Assembly (NCBI RefSeq): GCF_003704095.1
Contig: NW_020846063.1
Location: forward strand, 124,001 to 188,000
Length of the DNA stretch: 64,000 nt
From: Pocillopora damicornis
Taxonomy: Eukaryota
Reading direction: 5' to 3'
Of this stretch, positions 49,701 to 61,269 are shown piece after piece. The notes beneath the pieces were generated by a model that saw only the letters and a list, made by a program, of their open reading frames with translations, did no database searches and had not been told where the DNA came from. A program made the translations under genes and the position numbers. Each line of letters starts with the position of its first letter. The stretch's first letter is position 1.

Positions 49701-51991
49701 AAGTTATCTTATTCTTTGCACTTTTTTAATACCTAAATTGGCTCCCTAGTTCGGGTACAGCCAGTTTGTGGAGTTAAAAGTTCGGATGTCCTTAAGTCCT
49801 CTACAGACCAAAATAGTATGGTTCATATAGAACAACACCCCTACGTTGATATTTAAGCTGTTTGACTGTAATATATTACAGGATTACGAAAAGCATTTTA
49901 CCTCAATAAAAAACACAGTAGAGTCGAACGTATATGTAGGGCTCATTCTCACGTTTTCTATACTTTTGATTTTCTTTAGACTGAAACTAAGTTTATACTG
50001 TCCGATGAATTTGCGAAAATTTCCAATGGATGAACAAGTCTGTGAAATGATCTTTGAAAGTTGTGAGTATGGACTTGAGAGATAACCAAAATTGCATGCA
50101 GCTATGTGACTCACGATCAGAAAGATGTCGAGTGGCGTAGCCAATCACATTGCAGCTTTTGCAATAAACCACTACTTGGTCACTTAATACGAAAGGGTAA
50201 AATTAATACTAGTTCCAGTCACCCTCAATGTTTTGAAGGCGGGAGTAATATTTGATGGCGTAGTCTGATTGTCCAGGTAAGAGTAGTCTTGAGGAGGACT
50301 GCTGTCGGTAAAAGTGGCTGACGTTTCAAAACCCCTGTGCAGAAGTCAGCTCAAATTGCCAGCTTTTCACTTTGGGTACTTTGGAGGGAAAAAGATGATT
50401 TAGATTAAGAGAGATGAAACTAGGAGGTAAGTCTCTATAATATTTCTTGTGATTTCAGATTCTTACTCCACAGAAGATATGATCTTATCTTGGCTAACTG
50501 GTGGTAAAGATTCGATCGGTGTGTCAGGGGAACTACAGATTCCTCAATACACTCTAAAGAAAATAGAAATCTCCATGAAAAGTCATGAGTATAGCACAGG
50601 TAAAATGCAACAGCTGGATGGCTGGGATTGTGCTGTTTTTCAATCCATTTCATGGGTAAACAGAGGGGATGTGGGAAGAATTCATGACGGAGATCTGAAT
50701 ATTTTATCACATTTTCACACATGCGCAAACCTATGGAATTCCTTCAAGAAAGCAAAACCCAAAAAATGAGTCGAGCAACCCTTAAGGTTAATCATCCTAA
50801 GACAGTGATTCTAGGGGAGGTAAGAGGAGGAGCCAAATTAAATTTTATGATGATTCTTCATTGTATGCATTGTGAGAAGCTGAAAATAAAAAAAAATAAG
50901 ATAAAAACTGAAATTTGTTTATGATTAACACTTTTCGATTTTTTCAAAACCGTTTTTTTTTTCAGGTAATTTTTCGACCTTGTTAGCTAGATTCCACCTT
51001 CAGAGACAAATTGGCTATTACATTCTTCAACAATTCATCCCCACAGTACTTATTGTAGCTCTAAGCTGGGTTGGTTTCTGGATCGATGAACGTTCGGTTC
51101 CGGCACGGGTATCGCTCGGAATCACAACAGTCCTCTCCATAACTACGCTAATGTTCGGTATTCAGTCGAGCCTGCCGAGAGTCGGTTACGTGAAAGCAAT
51201 CGATGTGTTCATCTTGGGCAGTTTCCTTTTTGTGTTCGCTGCTTTATTGGAGTTTGCAGTGATCTGCTCATTTGCGAATGCATCTTCGTCGAAAAGAGAG
51301 AGAAGGCCAAAGGAAAAACAGGTTGCATCATATGAGAAACCATCTGTGATTTTTGAGGAAATGAATGACGTGGAAAAAAATTATCAAGAAAGTGGCACGT
51401 TTCGACAAGTTTTTGACACCAAAAGAGACGGGATTACGGTGAGTACAGGTCAGAAAAAAATAGGATAAATCAAATCAAGTTGTAATATATAGTTCTCAGT
51501 TCACACAATCTACTTCTCAAGTCCTGGCTTTTTGAGTAATATCAGAAAAAAATCTTTACTTGCGTGCAAATTAATTCATTTATCTACGCGAAGGCTCAGC
51601 AAAAAAAACTTTAAGCATGTAACAATTATTTAAAAAGCTATTTTTTTATGGCGGATGCGGGGGGGGGGGGCTTTTCTAGAACAGCGTGCAAATATTTTTT
51701 TAATATTCAGACCTGATTTTCATGTGCGGTCTCTTTCTTTTATAGGAAAAACATTATCGCGACGAAAATTCTAACTACTCAACGAGCTTCATCCCAACAT
51801 TGGCAATGTCTACAACACCGTGGTTTTCAATTAAGAGGCGAACAGGCAATGCAAGGTTTTCAAACAATCCAGTCTTTTTTCCTAAACTAAAGCCGTGTAA
51901 GATCGATAGACACTGCAGGAAACTCTTTCCTTTGGCATATGCGCTGTATCTTTCAATTTACTTCGCCATTTACTTTTTCATGCCAGTTTGA
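46703..51991 (+). CDS. Cys-loop ligand-gated anion channel subunit (GABA-A/glycine-receptor-like), 461 aa; exons 46703-46782, 47655-47731, 48599-48666, 49475-49692, 49980-50062, 50459-50599, 50966-51438, 51746-51991
   Basis: All eight exons join in phase with GT-AG sites (1386 nt). Signal peptide, GYDKRLRP, FFRQHW.DPRL, WIPDTYFVN, Cys-loop CPMNLRKFPMDEQVC, ESYSY, M2 SVPARVSLGITTVL, YVKAID, M4 IDR.CR.LFP. Confidence 0.93.
48349..48555. mobile_element. Decayed TTAA-type MITE in intron 2 of the channel gene
   Basis: TTAACTCTTT...CTAAGAGTG...TTTCTCC...ACACTGATTTTAGGGTGTAAA, similar to 55575-55781. Confidence 0.55.
48858..49122. mobile_element. MITE, probably PIF/Harbinger-type; same family as 63591-63799
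   Basis: GGATCGGTCATTACTTATC ... GCGATAAATAATGAAGGTTCC TIRs; internal GATCACATG and ACTGCCA blocks shared with 63591-63799. Confidence 0.65.
50260..50350 (-). mobile_element. Truncated Penelope-type terminal-repeat fragment with a partial hammerhead
   Basis: Minus strand TGACTTCTGCACAGGGGTTTTGAAACGTCAGCCAC...CAGTCCTCCTCAAGACTACTCT retains the GAAACGTCAG half only. Confidence 0.4.
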
Positions 51992-52190
51992 GGTTTGGCT
52001 ATACTGTATATTAATCAACTCAACCAAAAACCTGTTGTTTGTTTTCTCCGTGCTATTTGGACCGGGTTGAACCAATACAAATGATACTTTATCATCAGTA
52101 TTCATCGGAGTGTACTTAGATACCCCGCTGACCAAGCGGATAGCCTGCGGTAGGCACAAATTAATCTTATTACTCCTGTCAGCGGTCAGT

Positions 52191-53273
52191 TTATACCGCA
52201 GGCTCATTGTTTTTACAACCCTCACTTTTATCGTCAACTTTTCTTCGAATCAAGATTGAAACAAAGGTAACCAAGATGGCTGATAGGCAAGTCGTGCCTC
52301 CGAGGATGTAAAAAGCAATTGCATAGCTCTGCAGTCCATCATAAATTATCCCAGCAATCAGTGGTCCAAGTGTGCGAGGTACAGACAACAACAAGAAGGA
52401 CATTCCTAAGCCGTACGACACTTTGTCCGGACCAAGAATGTCGCATACGATCACAGGATTGAGGATCAGATAAGCTCCGGCAAATAATCCAAATATGAAC
52501 GCATTTATAGCTAAAATGGGGTAAGATTCAGTGACTGGTACCATAAAGTTGCTGAATCCCATGACTAGGAACGCTAACTGAACGATGTACACGCGATTGA
52601 AACGTCGGATATCCGATAAGCGCCCGACGATAACACGACCGAATGCCGATCCAACTGTCACGAACGTTAGAAGAAGAGAGGCTCGTGTCTTGTCGATTCC
52701 GATGTCTTCAGCAAGGCGCACCTTTGAAAAGGAAAATAAAGATTGAATTTAAGTAACTCCTGTAAAATTCTCAAGTAGTTCATAATTGGTGTGAAGATAC
52801 AAAGGACGAAGAGTGGTTTTCTTAAATGGGAGCGATTGCAATTCAACGAACTGCAAGTCGAACACCGCTTATAAAAATTTATGTTGTGTAACAAAACCAA
52901 ATGGTTATAACTACAGACAAATACAAATAAGGTTTAAAATCTCACCAAGTGTACAAAGGGGACCATGTATCCAAGCATGAAGATGGAAACAACCACGATC
53001 CACATTAAGAATGCTTTGTTTTTTAAAATTCCCCAGTCAAAAAGACGCCTCTTCTTAACAAACGTAGTTATGACATCATTCTGATGAGGCAAAACTCTAC
53101 GCTTCGGGCGATAGACAAGTGAAAATACTGAGAGGAGAAGATACGCGCCCGCAAGCACGCGAAACATATTTGCCAATCCAATGTAAATAAGCATCTGTTG
53201 CATGCTGGGACTCACTACGCTTCCGCCGATAGCACCACCAAGGGCTATGAGTCCATTAGCAAATGCAAGCCTC
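52191..53273 (-). CDS. SLC16/monocarboxylate-transporter-family MFS protein, copy 1, 3' exons (>53273-52946 and 52721-52191)
   Basis: LAFANGLIALGGAIGG, FDWGILKNKAF, GYMVPFVHL|VRLAEDIGI, GRVIVGRLSD, GPLIAG.IYD...SY.IAFY. Phase-0 GT-AG intron; truncated by the N-gap. Confidence 0.9.
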
Positions 53274-53562
53274 NNNNNNNNNNNNNNNNNNNNNNNNNNN
53301 NNNNNNNNNNNNNNNNNNNNNNNNNNNNNNNNNNNNNNNNNNNNNNNNNNNNNNNNNNNNNNNNNNNNNNNNNTTATAACCATTTGGTTTTGTTATAAAA
53401 CATAAATTTGTATTAGCGGAGTCCGACTTGCCGTTCGTTCAATTGCAATCGCTCCTCTTTAAGGAAACCACCTTTCGTCCTTTGTAGCTTCACACCGATT
53501 ATGAACGACTTGAAAATTTTACAGGAGTTATTTACTTTCAATCTTCACTTTCCTTTTTATAG

Positions 53563-54093
53563 GTGCGCCTTGCCGAGGACATTGGAATCGACAAGACACG
53601 AGCCTCTCTTCTTCTAACGTTCGTGACAGTTGGATCGGCATTCGGTCGTGTCATCGTCGGGCGCTTATCGGATATCCAACGTTTCAATCGCGTGTACATC
53701 GTTCAGTTAGCGTTCCTAGTCATAGGATTGAGCAACTTTGTGGTACCAGTTACTGAATCTTACCCCATTTTAGCTATAAATGCGTTCATATTTGGATTAT
53801 TTGCCGGAGCTTATCTAATCCTCAATCCTGTGATCGTATGCGACATTCTTGGTCCGGACAAAGTGTCGTACGGCTTAGGAATGTCCTACTTGTTGTTGTC
53901 TGTACCTCGCACGCTTGGACCACTGATTGCCGGAAGAATTTATGATGGACTGCAGAGCTATGCAATTGCTTTTTACATCCTCGGAGGCACGACTTGTCTA
54001 TCAGCCTTCTTGGCAACTTTTGTTTCAATCTTGATTCGAAGAAAAGTTGACGATAAAAGTGAGAGTTGTAAAAACAATGAGCCTTCGGTATAA
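53563..54093 (+). CDS. SLC16/MCT-family protein, copy 2, last exon
   Basis: Acceptor TTTATAG at 53562. 166 of 176 aa are identical to 52721-52191, and the preceding intron also mirrors 52722-52910. Confidence 0.88.
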   Translation: MRLAEDIGIDKTRASLLLTFVTVGSAFGRVIVGRLSDIQRFNRVYIVQLAFLVIGLSNFVVPVTESYPILAINAFIFGLFAGAYLILNPVIVCDILGPDKVSYGLGMSYLLLSVPRTLGPLIAGRIYDGLQSYAIAFYILGGTTCLSAFLATFVSILIRRKVDDKSESCKNNEPSV

Positions 54094-54611
54094 ACTGACT
54101 GCTCACAAAAATAGTAAGACTACCGAACGACTTCTGTCCACAAAAAAACTGTATTCAGGTGATCGTTATTATTATAATGGAGGAATATGGAAGTTGCTCA
54201 GTTTTCTTTAACCGTATCAAATCTCTTCTTGAAAGAACAGTTTGTGGCTTTATCTTTCATGGTCCGTGGTTATGTCAAATCCCATGCTAAAAAACACATT
54301 TATAAAAGCGACAAAGATATGCTATCGCGACGTGCATTACTATTTATAAGACGTCGTGATATTTTAATAATTAAGATCTACACGCTGCTTCCCCGACTAA
54401 TGATATGTGAATTTAAAAGCAATGTAGACGATAAAAAAAAAAAAATTCTTCACCTTCACTTCTTTTATCGCAAAGAAATGAAAGATGTCTGTAAAAAGAA
54501 ATTGCACTTTATTTGACTTAAAATATGAAACTATGAATAGCATTTTGATGCTGTTTATGACCTCCTTCAAGAAAATAACATGTCATTACACCATTAGCAG
54601 GTAATATTCAG

Positions 54612-55240
54612 GATAATAATAATAATTTATTGAATTTTTAGGCGCAAATTCTATGTATATATATTCAAATGCCCCGTAGCATAATAATTACAATAAACTA
54701 AAGATAAAATAAAAATAACAATAATAATGATAATTGGAATACAAATAACAATTAAATACGATTCATAATAAATAAAATCATATATAACATATAAATAATA
54801 ACTTATTATTACTTGAAATGTTCTATTTAAACTTTATCAATGAATAAATAACTATAAAAACTTTATCAATTATAAAATGCTTTCTTAAAAAGAAACGTCT
54901 TAAGCTTTGATTTAAAACTATTAATAGAACTAGATTCTCGTATATCCCTTGGTAAATTATTCCATAGCTTAGGTGCCGCAAACATAAATGCTCGGTCACC
55001 AAGTGTTGCCTTAGACTTAAAACTAGGATAACTGAGTAAGGTCTTATCCCTAGAATTCCTTAAATTATATCTTGACTCGGGCTTGCGTGTAATTAGAGAA
55101 CTTAAATAAGACGGTGCAAAACCCTTAAAAATCTTGAAAACAATTAATACAATCTTAAATTGAATTCATAACTTAATAGGTAACCAGTGCAACTCCATCA
55201 ATAAAGTAGTAATATGACAATAATTTACTGGGATGTACCA
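54612..55240 (-). mobile_element. L2-group LINE 3' fragment with an AT-rich 3' UTR/tail
   Basis: Minus strand ELHWLP...FKIVLIVFKIFKGFAPSYLSSLI...RYNLRNS...TLGDRAFMFAAPKLWNNLP.DIRES.SINSFKSKLKTFLFKKAF. Confidence 0.85.
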
Positions 55241-55272
55241 ATGATCAGAAACTCAGTCTTGTCGTCGTTCAG

Positions 55273-57180
55273 TTTCAATTTTTATTTTGTATTAACTCCA
55301 GAGATGCGTATTTACTAACTTCATTCACTCCTATGAGAGATCATTGTGTAATTTCTCCTCTTAATGCCAATTCGTTGTTAAGCATAAAAGAGATGAGCAA
55401 AAGGAAAATATCAATGAGGGGTTTAACTGCAAATTCTCAGAGACAAAATGATAGGAAATATACATTTCAACAATACTATGGAGTGTTTTTATTCATAACT
55501 TGAGAATAAGGGGAACTGTTTAACGTCTACTGAAGAATATGTCGTCGTCAATACTTGATGATGCTTGGTCTGGGTTAAACATTCAACCCCTAAGAGTGAT
55601 CAGCATCTAAATTCTCCTTTCATTGTTGCTCGTGAACTAAACATTAAGGTCACGAAAATAGAAGAAATGATCACCAACAGGCTCTTGGTCGTTAAACAAG
55701 TTCTCCTTGTCAGCGCCTTGGAAAATGTATAGAAAACAGTATAGAGAATACGCATACTGATGTTAAGGTGTAGAGGGTTAATTTTGCGTCGATGAGGACA
55801 CGGTCAAGAAGATTGTTATCGGCATTGGTAGTATGGACTTATTAGAGATCATTCTTTTGTTCGGAAGCTAAAGTTTTCCTCCCCCAAAAAGCCTCTGTTC
55901 TTTCACATTAGACATAGAGTACAATCTGGTGGATAGCTTATCGATTTTTTTATCTTTCTGTTATCAAACACTTCTTCATATGTCAACAATACGGCATAAA
56001 GAGCAAACGTAAGGACGTTAAACACGGCTCATCACGTTATGGTAAATAGTTGCTAATTTTATACAAGTTATCATTTACACGATTCACTTCGTTTCGACGT
56101 CAAACAGGGAAAAATGAAACATAGGGAAAGAATGGTACCTCGTCAAACTTCTCTCTTTTTTCTGCACCAAACCAACAATTTCATTTGAGTTGTTCTATAA
56201 CTTCCTCGGCGAACAACAATGCTAAGATCTCAAGAAAACGTATCAGTATGAGTTTTATTACCCTTCAATAGAAACTAAATATCCGTGGGTCTGTCTTTAT
56301 ATTTCAAAGTCATGGGAGTTTATAAGAATGGTCGTGAATAAATTATGCATGAAATACCACTTTGGCACCATAAAAGATTTACTCTTACTCAGAAACCGGC
56401 ACCGCAGAGGTATTTTACGGAGAGAAAACACTCACAAATCGAAATACTATCAGTGTTATCTCATGATGGTTAATGAGGAGGATAGGTATCAAAGTCATTT
56501 TACTTACATCAGAGTAAAAGCAGTCGGTGAAATTGGACCGTGTGTGACTTGATTGGGGGCGAAACTTTTTGCGTCCGTCAAAGAATCATTTCAAACCGGC
56601 ATCTTTTCTTAAAGGTGCAGTTTTTAGTTTTGGTATGTTTGTTTCTTATCCATGCTGAGCTATTATTTCGTTACTTCCTTTAATTTTACGGTATTTTAGC
56701 AATGGTATAAAAAAGTGACTCGTGAATTAGGTACTTAAATTTCCAGCAATAAAAAGGTTTTCACCTTAAGATTTCGACGTATTTCATCGCCAAACCATTA
56801 TTTTAAGTACAAGTCCTTTTTTCGTGGGTTTTTTCATGTCATCCCCTGCTAGTGGCCACTATGTCATGTGTCTTGCTTGCCACGATCGAGGTGGAATCGT
56901 ATGTAATCTGTAGTAAGGTAATCTGTTAAGGTAATGGCATTGAAAAAGAGGCAAGAATAAATTCAAGAAGGAACATGGATGTCTTGGACCGGGAAAAATT
57001 TGAAACGAATTTAAGAAAGAAAACATTGAAAATTTTATGCTAAGTCTACGTAGCTTCATTCAGTGGTCACACTTGGCCTCTCACGTGGGGATAAAACACG
57101 TGTTCGGTTTAGAAACGAGTGCTGGAAGACTGGAAGGTCACGTTTTTCCATATACATTAAGAAAATGTTTAATCTGAAAA
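55273..57180 (+). repeat. Segmental duplicate arm A; inverted copy at ~61270-63480
   Basis: Long near-identical reverse-complement blocks with indels, e.g. 55575-55870 vs 62895-63187 and 56550-56650 vs 61770-61868. Confidence 0.9.
55575..55781. mobile_element. TTAA-flanked MITE, duplicated with the segment (mirror at 62981-63187)
   Basis: TTAAACATTCAACCCCTAAG...TAAGGTGTAGAGGGTTAA. An older related MITE lies at ~55318-55522 (mirror ~63245-63435). Confidence 0.75.
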
Positions 57181-57880
57181 ATGAATGTATTGCAGTGTTA
57201 ATGAAAACAATAAAATTTTATATCTGTGGTAGGCAGAGGCCTGTCACTTTTGTTTGTTCTAGTAGTTTGTTTAATAAGGAGTGTATTACATGAGTTGACT
57301 GCTTGCTAAGATGGCATTATATGGGTTGGCCAGCGTGACTCATGCAATCAGCCCCTAGGTGGATGAACCCAGACAATCGGCTACCCTCAGGGAATTGGCA
57401 AATGGCCACTCAATAGGGTTTTTTTTTTGTTTGACGTCAATGCAAATTTATAGCAAATGAACAGCTTTGCTCAATTAGAAAATTAGAGTACATTAAGTGC
57501 AAAGGTACTTATTTCCATGGTAAGTAAATGAGTGGGTAGAAAAATATCGCAAACAAACTGTTTTGCACCATGTTTACTTGTAGTTGCATCAATAGTAAAA
57601 ATTTCACTTTTGCGCAGAAAGCAAATGCTTAAAAAATATGTTTAAGCTCAAGTTTACCTTGGCAGCAAATGTAAGGTAACTGTTAAGCAAATGTCATATC
57701 TACATCACATTTGCATGTAATTTTGTCAGGTTGAGTTTACCTTCAGTTTACAGCTAGTGCAAATTTAGTTCAAATTTAGAGCCTCAAATTTGCACCACAT
57801 TTGCACACCTTGACAAACACTAGTAAATCCGAAAAAGACAAGACAAGAAATAATACTAATCTACAATCGTGTTTTGGTAG

Positions 57881-58151
57881 ATGGAACAGAGCAGGACAAT
57901 CAGTTGTGAGGCTAACGAGACTGAATTGGGTGTGAAAGTGCTTGCTGAGGCTTCAGAGGGAGGAGATCCAAGGGATGTTCAAAGTTCTGACAACAACATC
58001 GAGAAAAACCAGCGTAAAAATGAACATCAATTTTGTCTTGATGTAGGGACTAAAACAGAAGGATGTAAGGGAGAATCGAGAGCCCCTGAGTGCAATAAGC
58101 CTCATTCTGATGAAGAGGCTGCCACAACGCCTCATTCTGATGATGAGGCTC
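57881..58151 (+). CDS. Probable first coding exon (acidic, disordered N-tail) of an SLC16/MCT copy, cut by the gap
   Basis: The acceptor TTTTGGTAG directly precedes the ATG, and the frame stays open into the gap. An in-frame paralogous exon lies at 58410-58252. Assignment to the MCT is inferred from the duplication geometry. Confidence 0.6.
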
Positions 58152-58251
58152 NNNNNNNNNNNNNNNNNNNNNNNNNNNNNNNNNNNNNNNNNNNNNNNNN
58201 NNNNNNNNNNNNNNNNNNNNNNNNNNNNNNNNNNNNNNNNNNNNNNNNNNN

Positions 58252-58410
58252 ATCAAGACAAAATTGATGTTCGTTTTCAAGATATTTCTCAGTGTTGTCG
58301 TTAGAACTTTGAGCATCCCTCGGTTCTCCTCCCTCTGAAGCCTCAGCAAGGACTTTTACACCCAATTCAGTCTCGTTAGCCTCACAATTGATTTTCCTGT
58401 TCTGTTCCAT
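58252..58410 (-). CDS. Probable first coding exon of the other SLC16/MCT copy, cut by the gap
   Basis: TTTTGGCAG|ATG; MEQNRKINCEANETELGVKVLAEASEGGEPRDAQSS... is colinear with MEQSRTISCEANETELGVKVLAEASEGGDPRDVQSS... Confidence 0.6.
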
Positions 58411-61269
58411 CTGCCAAAAAACGATGTAGATTAATGTTATTTCTTGTCCTCTCTTTCGCCTCTCTGGAGCGTTTTTTTTGTTTTTTTTTTTAATATCGCG
58501 ATGCAAACCAAATTACATCCAGTGATTTTTTGAGGGTAATTGGTACTGAGGGAAATAGAAAATTTAACCCTCGATCTTTCCACCCCTCTAAACGTTACTA
58601 GAATTGAAATAAATTTTCTAAATAGAGTGGTCTGCAGAAGTAGTTTCGCTTGTAGCATCAACTTTTTTTATTTCCAATGTTTGATAAGTAACTTTGCCTT
58701 CTACTTGTTACACATCCCCTTTAGAATTTGTGAGGAGAATTTGGCGTTACATCAGTATAACACCCTCTAAGGACTCTTTATAGGAAGTCTATTCATTCTC
58801 TTCCCCTGTTGGTAATGATAAAAGTTTTGTATGAACAGGAGAAGTTACACGTTGACAAGATCTTGTTTAGCTCATAGTGGACAGTTTCGCAATCGAATTG
58901 ACTTGTTACGCGTTAGGCGGTCTCATGAGCGCAGAGGTGTGTCGTTCTGAAAGAATTTTACGTTGAATGTCGCTGTTCCACCCCACTCTTAAGGATAAGA
59001 AACTATACGGGATCAGTGATATTTTGATTTTTTTTTTTTTTTTTGATGACAAAAATCCAAGGGATGGCGTTTACACTCGAATTAGCATTCACCAAGAGAT
59101 TGTGAATATTCTCCTGCCTTCACTGAGACAGTAGTCCTCTCGCGGTATGTATAAAACGAGCTGCAAATGCAGTATTTGCAAGTTGAAAGATGGTTCACCT
59201 ACTCTCATAATCGAGCAGATATTTAACCAGAGTCTAGGTAGAGTTTTGGCAGTTAAATTCAGTCGAACTTTGCTCTCAAAACATAAACAAAAACAATCGT
59301 ATGGAAGTGTGAGCAACGAGAAATGATGCAAAGGGAATTTATGGCATGCAAAGTATTCATATTGATATGAACTACTAAAATTAATAGCACTCTGGAAAAG
59401 CGTTCAGGAATTGTTTGGGCTTGTACGATAATCTTGAATTCCTTGTGAGTCATGTTTTATCATGTGATGCAAGACCACAAGTATGGTTTTTGCTTTTGAG
59501 TGATGTGCCCTTGATCATTATAATAGGGCTTAACTTTTAGACGGTAATCACCATTGCTAATCGTGTTTGGGTTTGTCCACTGACCTTGCTCAGAGTCCTC
59601 AACAGGAGGTCATGTTTGGGTTTTAGCTTTCTAAGAGCGATTGTCTTTCAGGTAGCTTTTGTTCATTTCGACAGTCTCGTGAAATTTGATGGGTTGGTGT
59701 TCTAAAGAATACATTTAATCTGCCAAGGTCAGTTGTCCAGTAAGCCCACACACGCCCACCGATGGGTTTTTAAGAACGTGTACCTGGGGCTAAGAGGATA
59801 GGTCAGAAAAGAGCAGCAGTAACCCCGAATAAACAGTCAAACCATATTCATAAGAGGTCAATCGAGCAAAAAACCCACTTTCGAGCGGTTTACCGGCGTA
59901 ATTACGCACGTGGATGTTGAGATAACATGTGAAAAGTCGCTTTCTTTTATCATTACACAAAGTGGACGTTTCCGAATAAACAAACACATCCACAAAATAT
60001 GTAGGATCGTGATTTCTATAAATGTTGTAAACTTATAACAGAGGTATCGAGTTACTGTCGAATTGTCGAATTACGTTTAATCATAAACGTACTTGCACAA
60101 TCGTTTAAAATGGTATTATAGCAACTGAATGTTTTTTGGAACAATTGGTTTTTTCCTTCTTTTAGTATTATACAAAATGGACGTTTAGCGAATAAACAAA
60201 CACATTCACAATACATGTTTGAACGTGATTTCTATCAATGTTTAACTCATAGTTAAGGTGTCGAGTCACTATCTAAGACAAATAATCTGATGCCGGAAAA
60301 AAGCACAGGCAAACATTTTGTCTGAAATTAGCGCTGCAAGACTGAATGATGTTTAAATTGTAGAGCACGGCAGCCTAAGGAAAAGAGGATTGTAAATTGA
60401 ACACGATTTCAATTTGACAGAAAAAAGGAGTTCTATAAAATGAAATCATTTCATCTTGAGGTCGTTTTCACATTTCTTCCAGATGCATACACAAAAGAAT
60501 AAGGTTTTTCCTAATCCACTACTGGTTGTTTCAAGCAGTTCAAGGCGTATGAAATATCGCAAGTTTGGCCGTTTCCGTCCCTATGGGATGTAAGCATGTT
60601 TAAAAAAAAAGTGTTCGAAATGTGTTAACTAACCTCTTTGCCAAACACTTGCACGAAAAAGTCGAAAACTCCTGATCTCTCTTTTTTTTCCCTCGGAGTG
60701 AGAAAGCAAACACAGCTTAGAGCTACACCTCGGTTCAAACTGAACTTGGATGCGAGCAGAGGGTTTCTTTATGGGCGTCGCTTATGCTGATTTATTGTTG
60801 TTGAGTTGTCTCTAGGGGGTTGTATTGCTGCAATAATTTGTTTATTATTCCGGCCTCTTGACGCAAAAGGCGAAGCAAAATCTGCAGGCGAACTGAAAAG
60901 CTGAAAAAAGGGAGGACTTAATTTGTGGACAAAGTCAATATTCACCAGTAGGCGGGCTTAGCTCTGCACTAAAATAAAAGTTTTACTCCAACTCAGGGGC
61001 TATTCGCATGATCAGCTTAGTGAATGCTTACGCAGGAGTTCAAGAGCGTCCTAAAAATACATTGAAAATTACGTTAACAATGACGTAATTTCCTCGTCAT
61101 CTGCAAAGAACCCACTCCGTTGTCATTTGCTAGATCTATTGCATGACACTCGGTTTGGTTTCTGGGCTCTGTTTATTGTTTTCAAAGGACCATAAGCTCC
61201 TCTTACAGTATTCATTGACCCTTCATTAAGCATGTATTTTTTTAATGGGAACCTTTAGCATTTTTCAGA

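Noticed and set aside
52191-54093. A genuine head-to-head palindromic gene pair
   Set aside because: The symmetry centre is a 100-N placeholder gap and there is no room for 5' exons; mis-orientation explains both gaps more simply.
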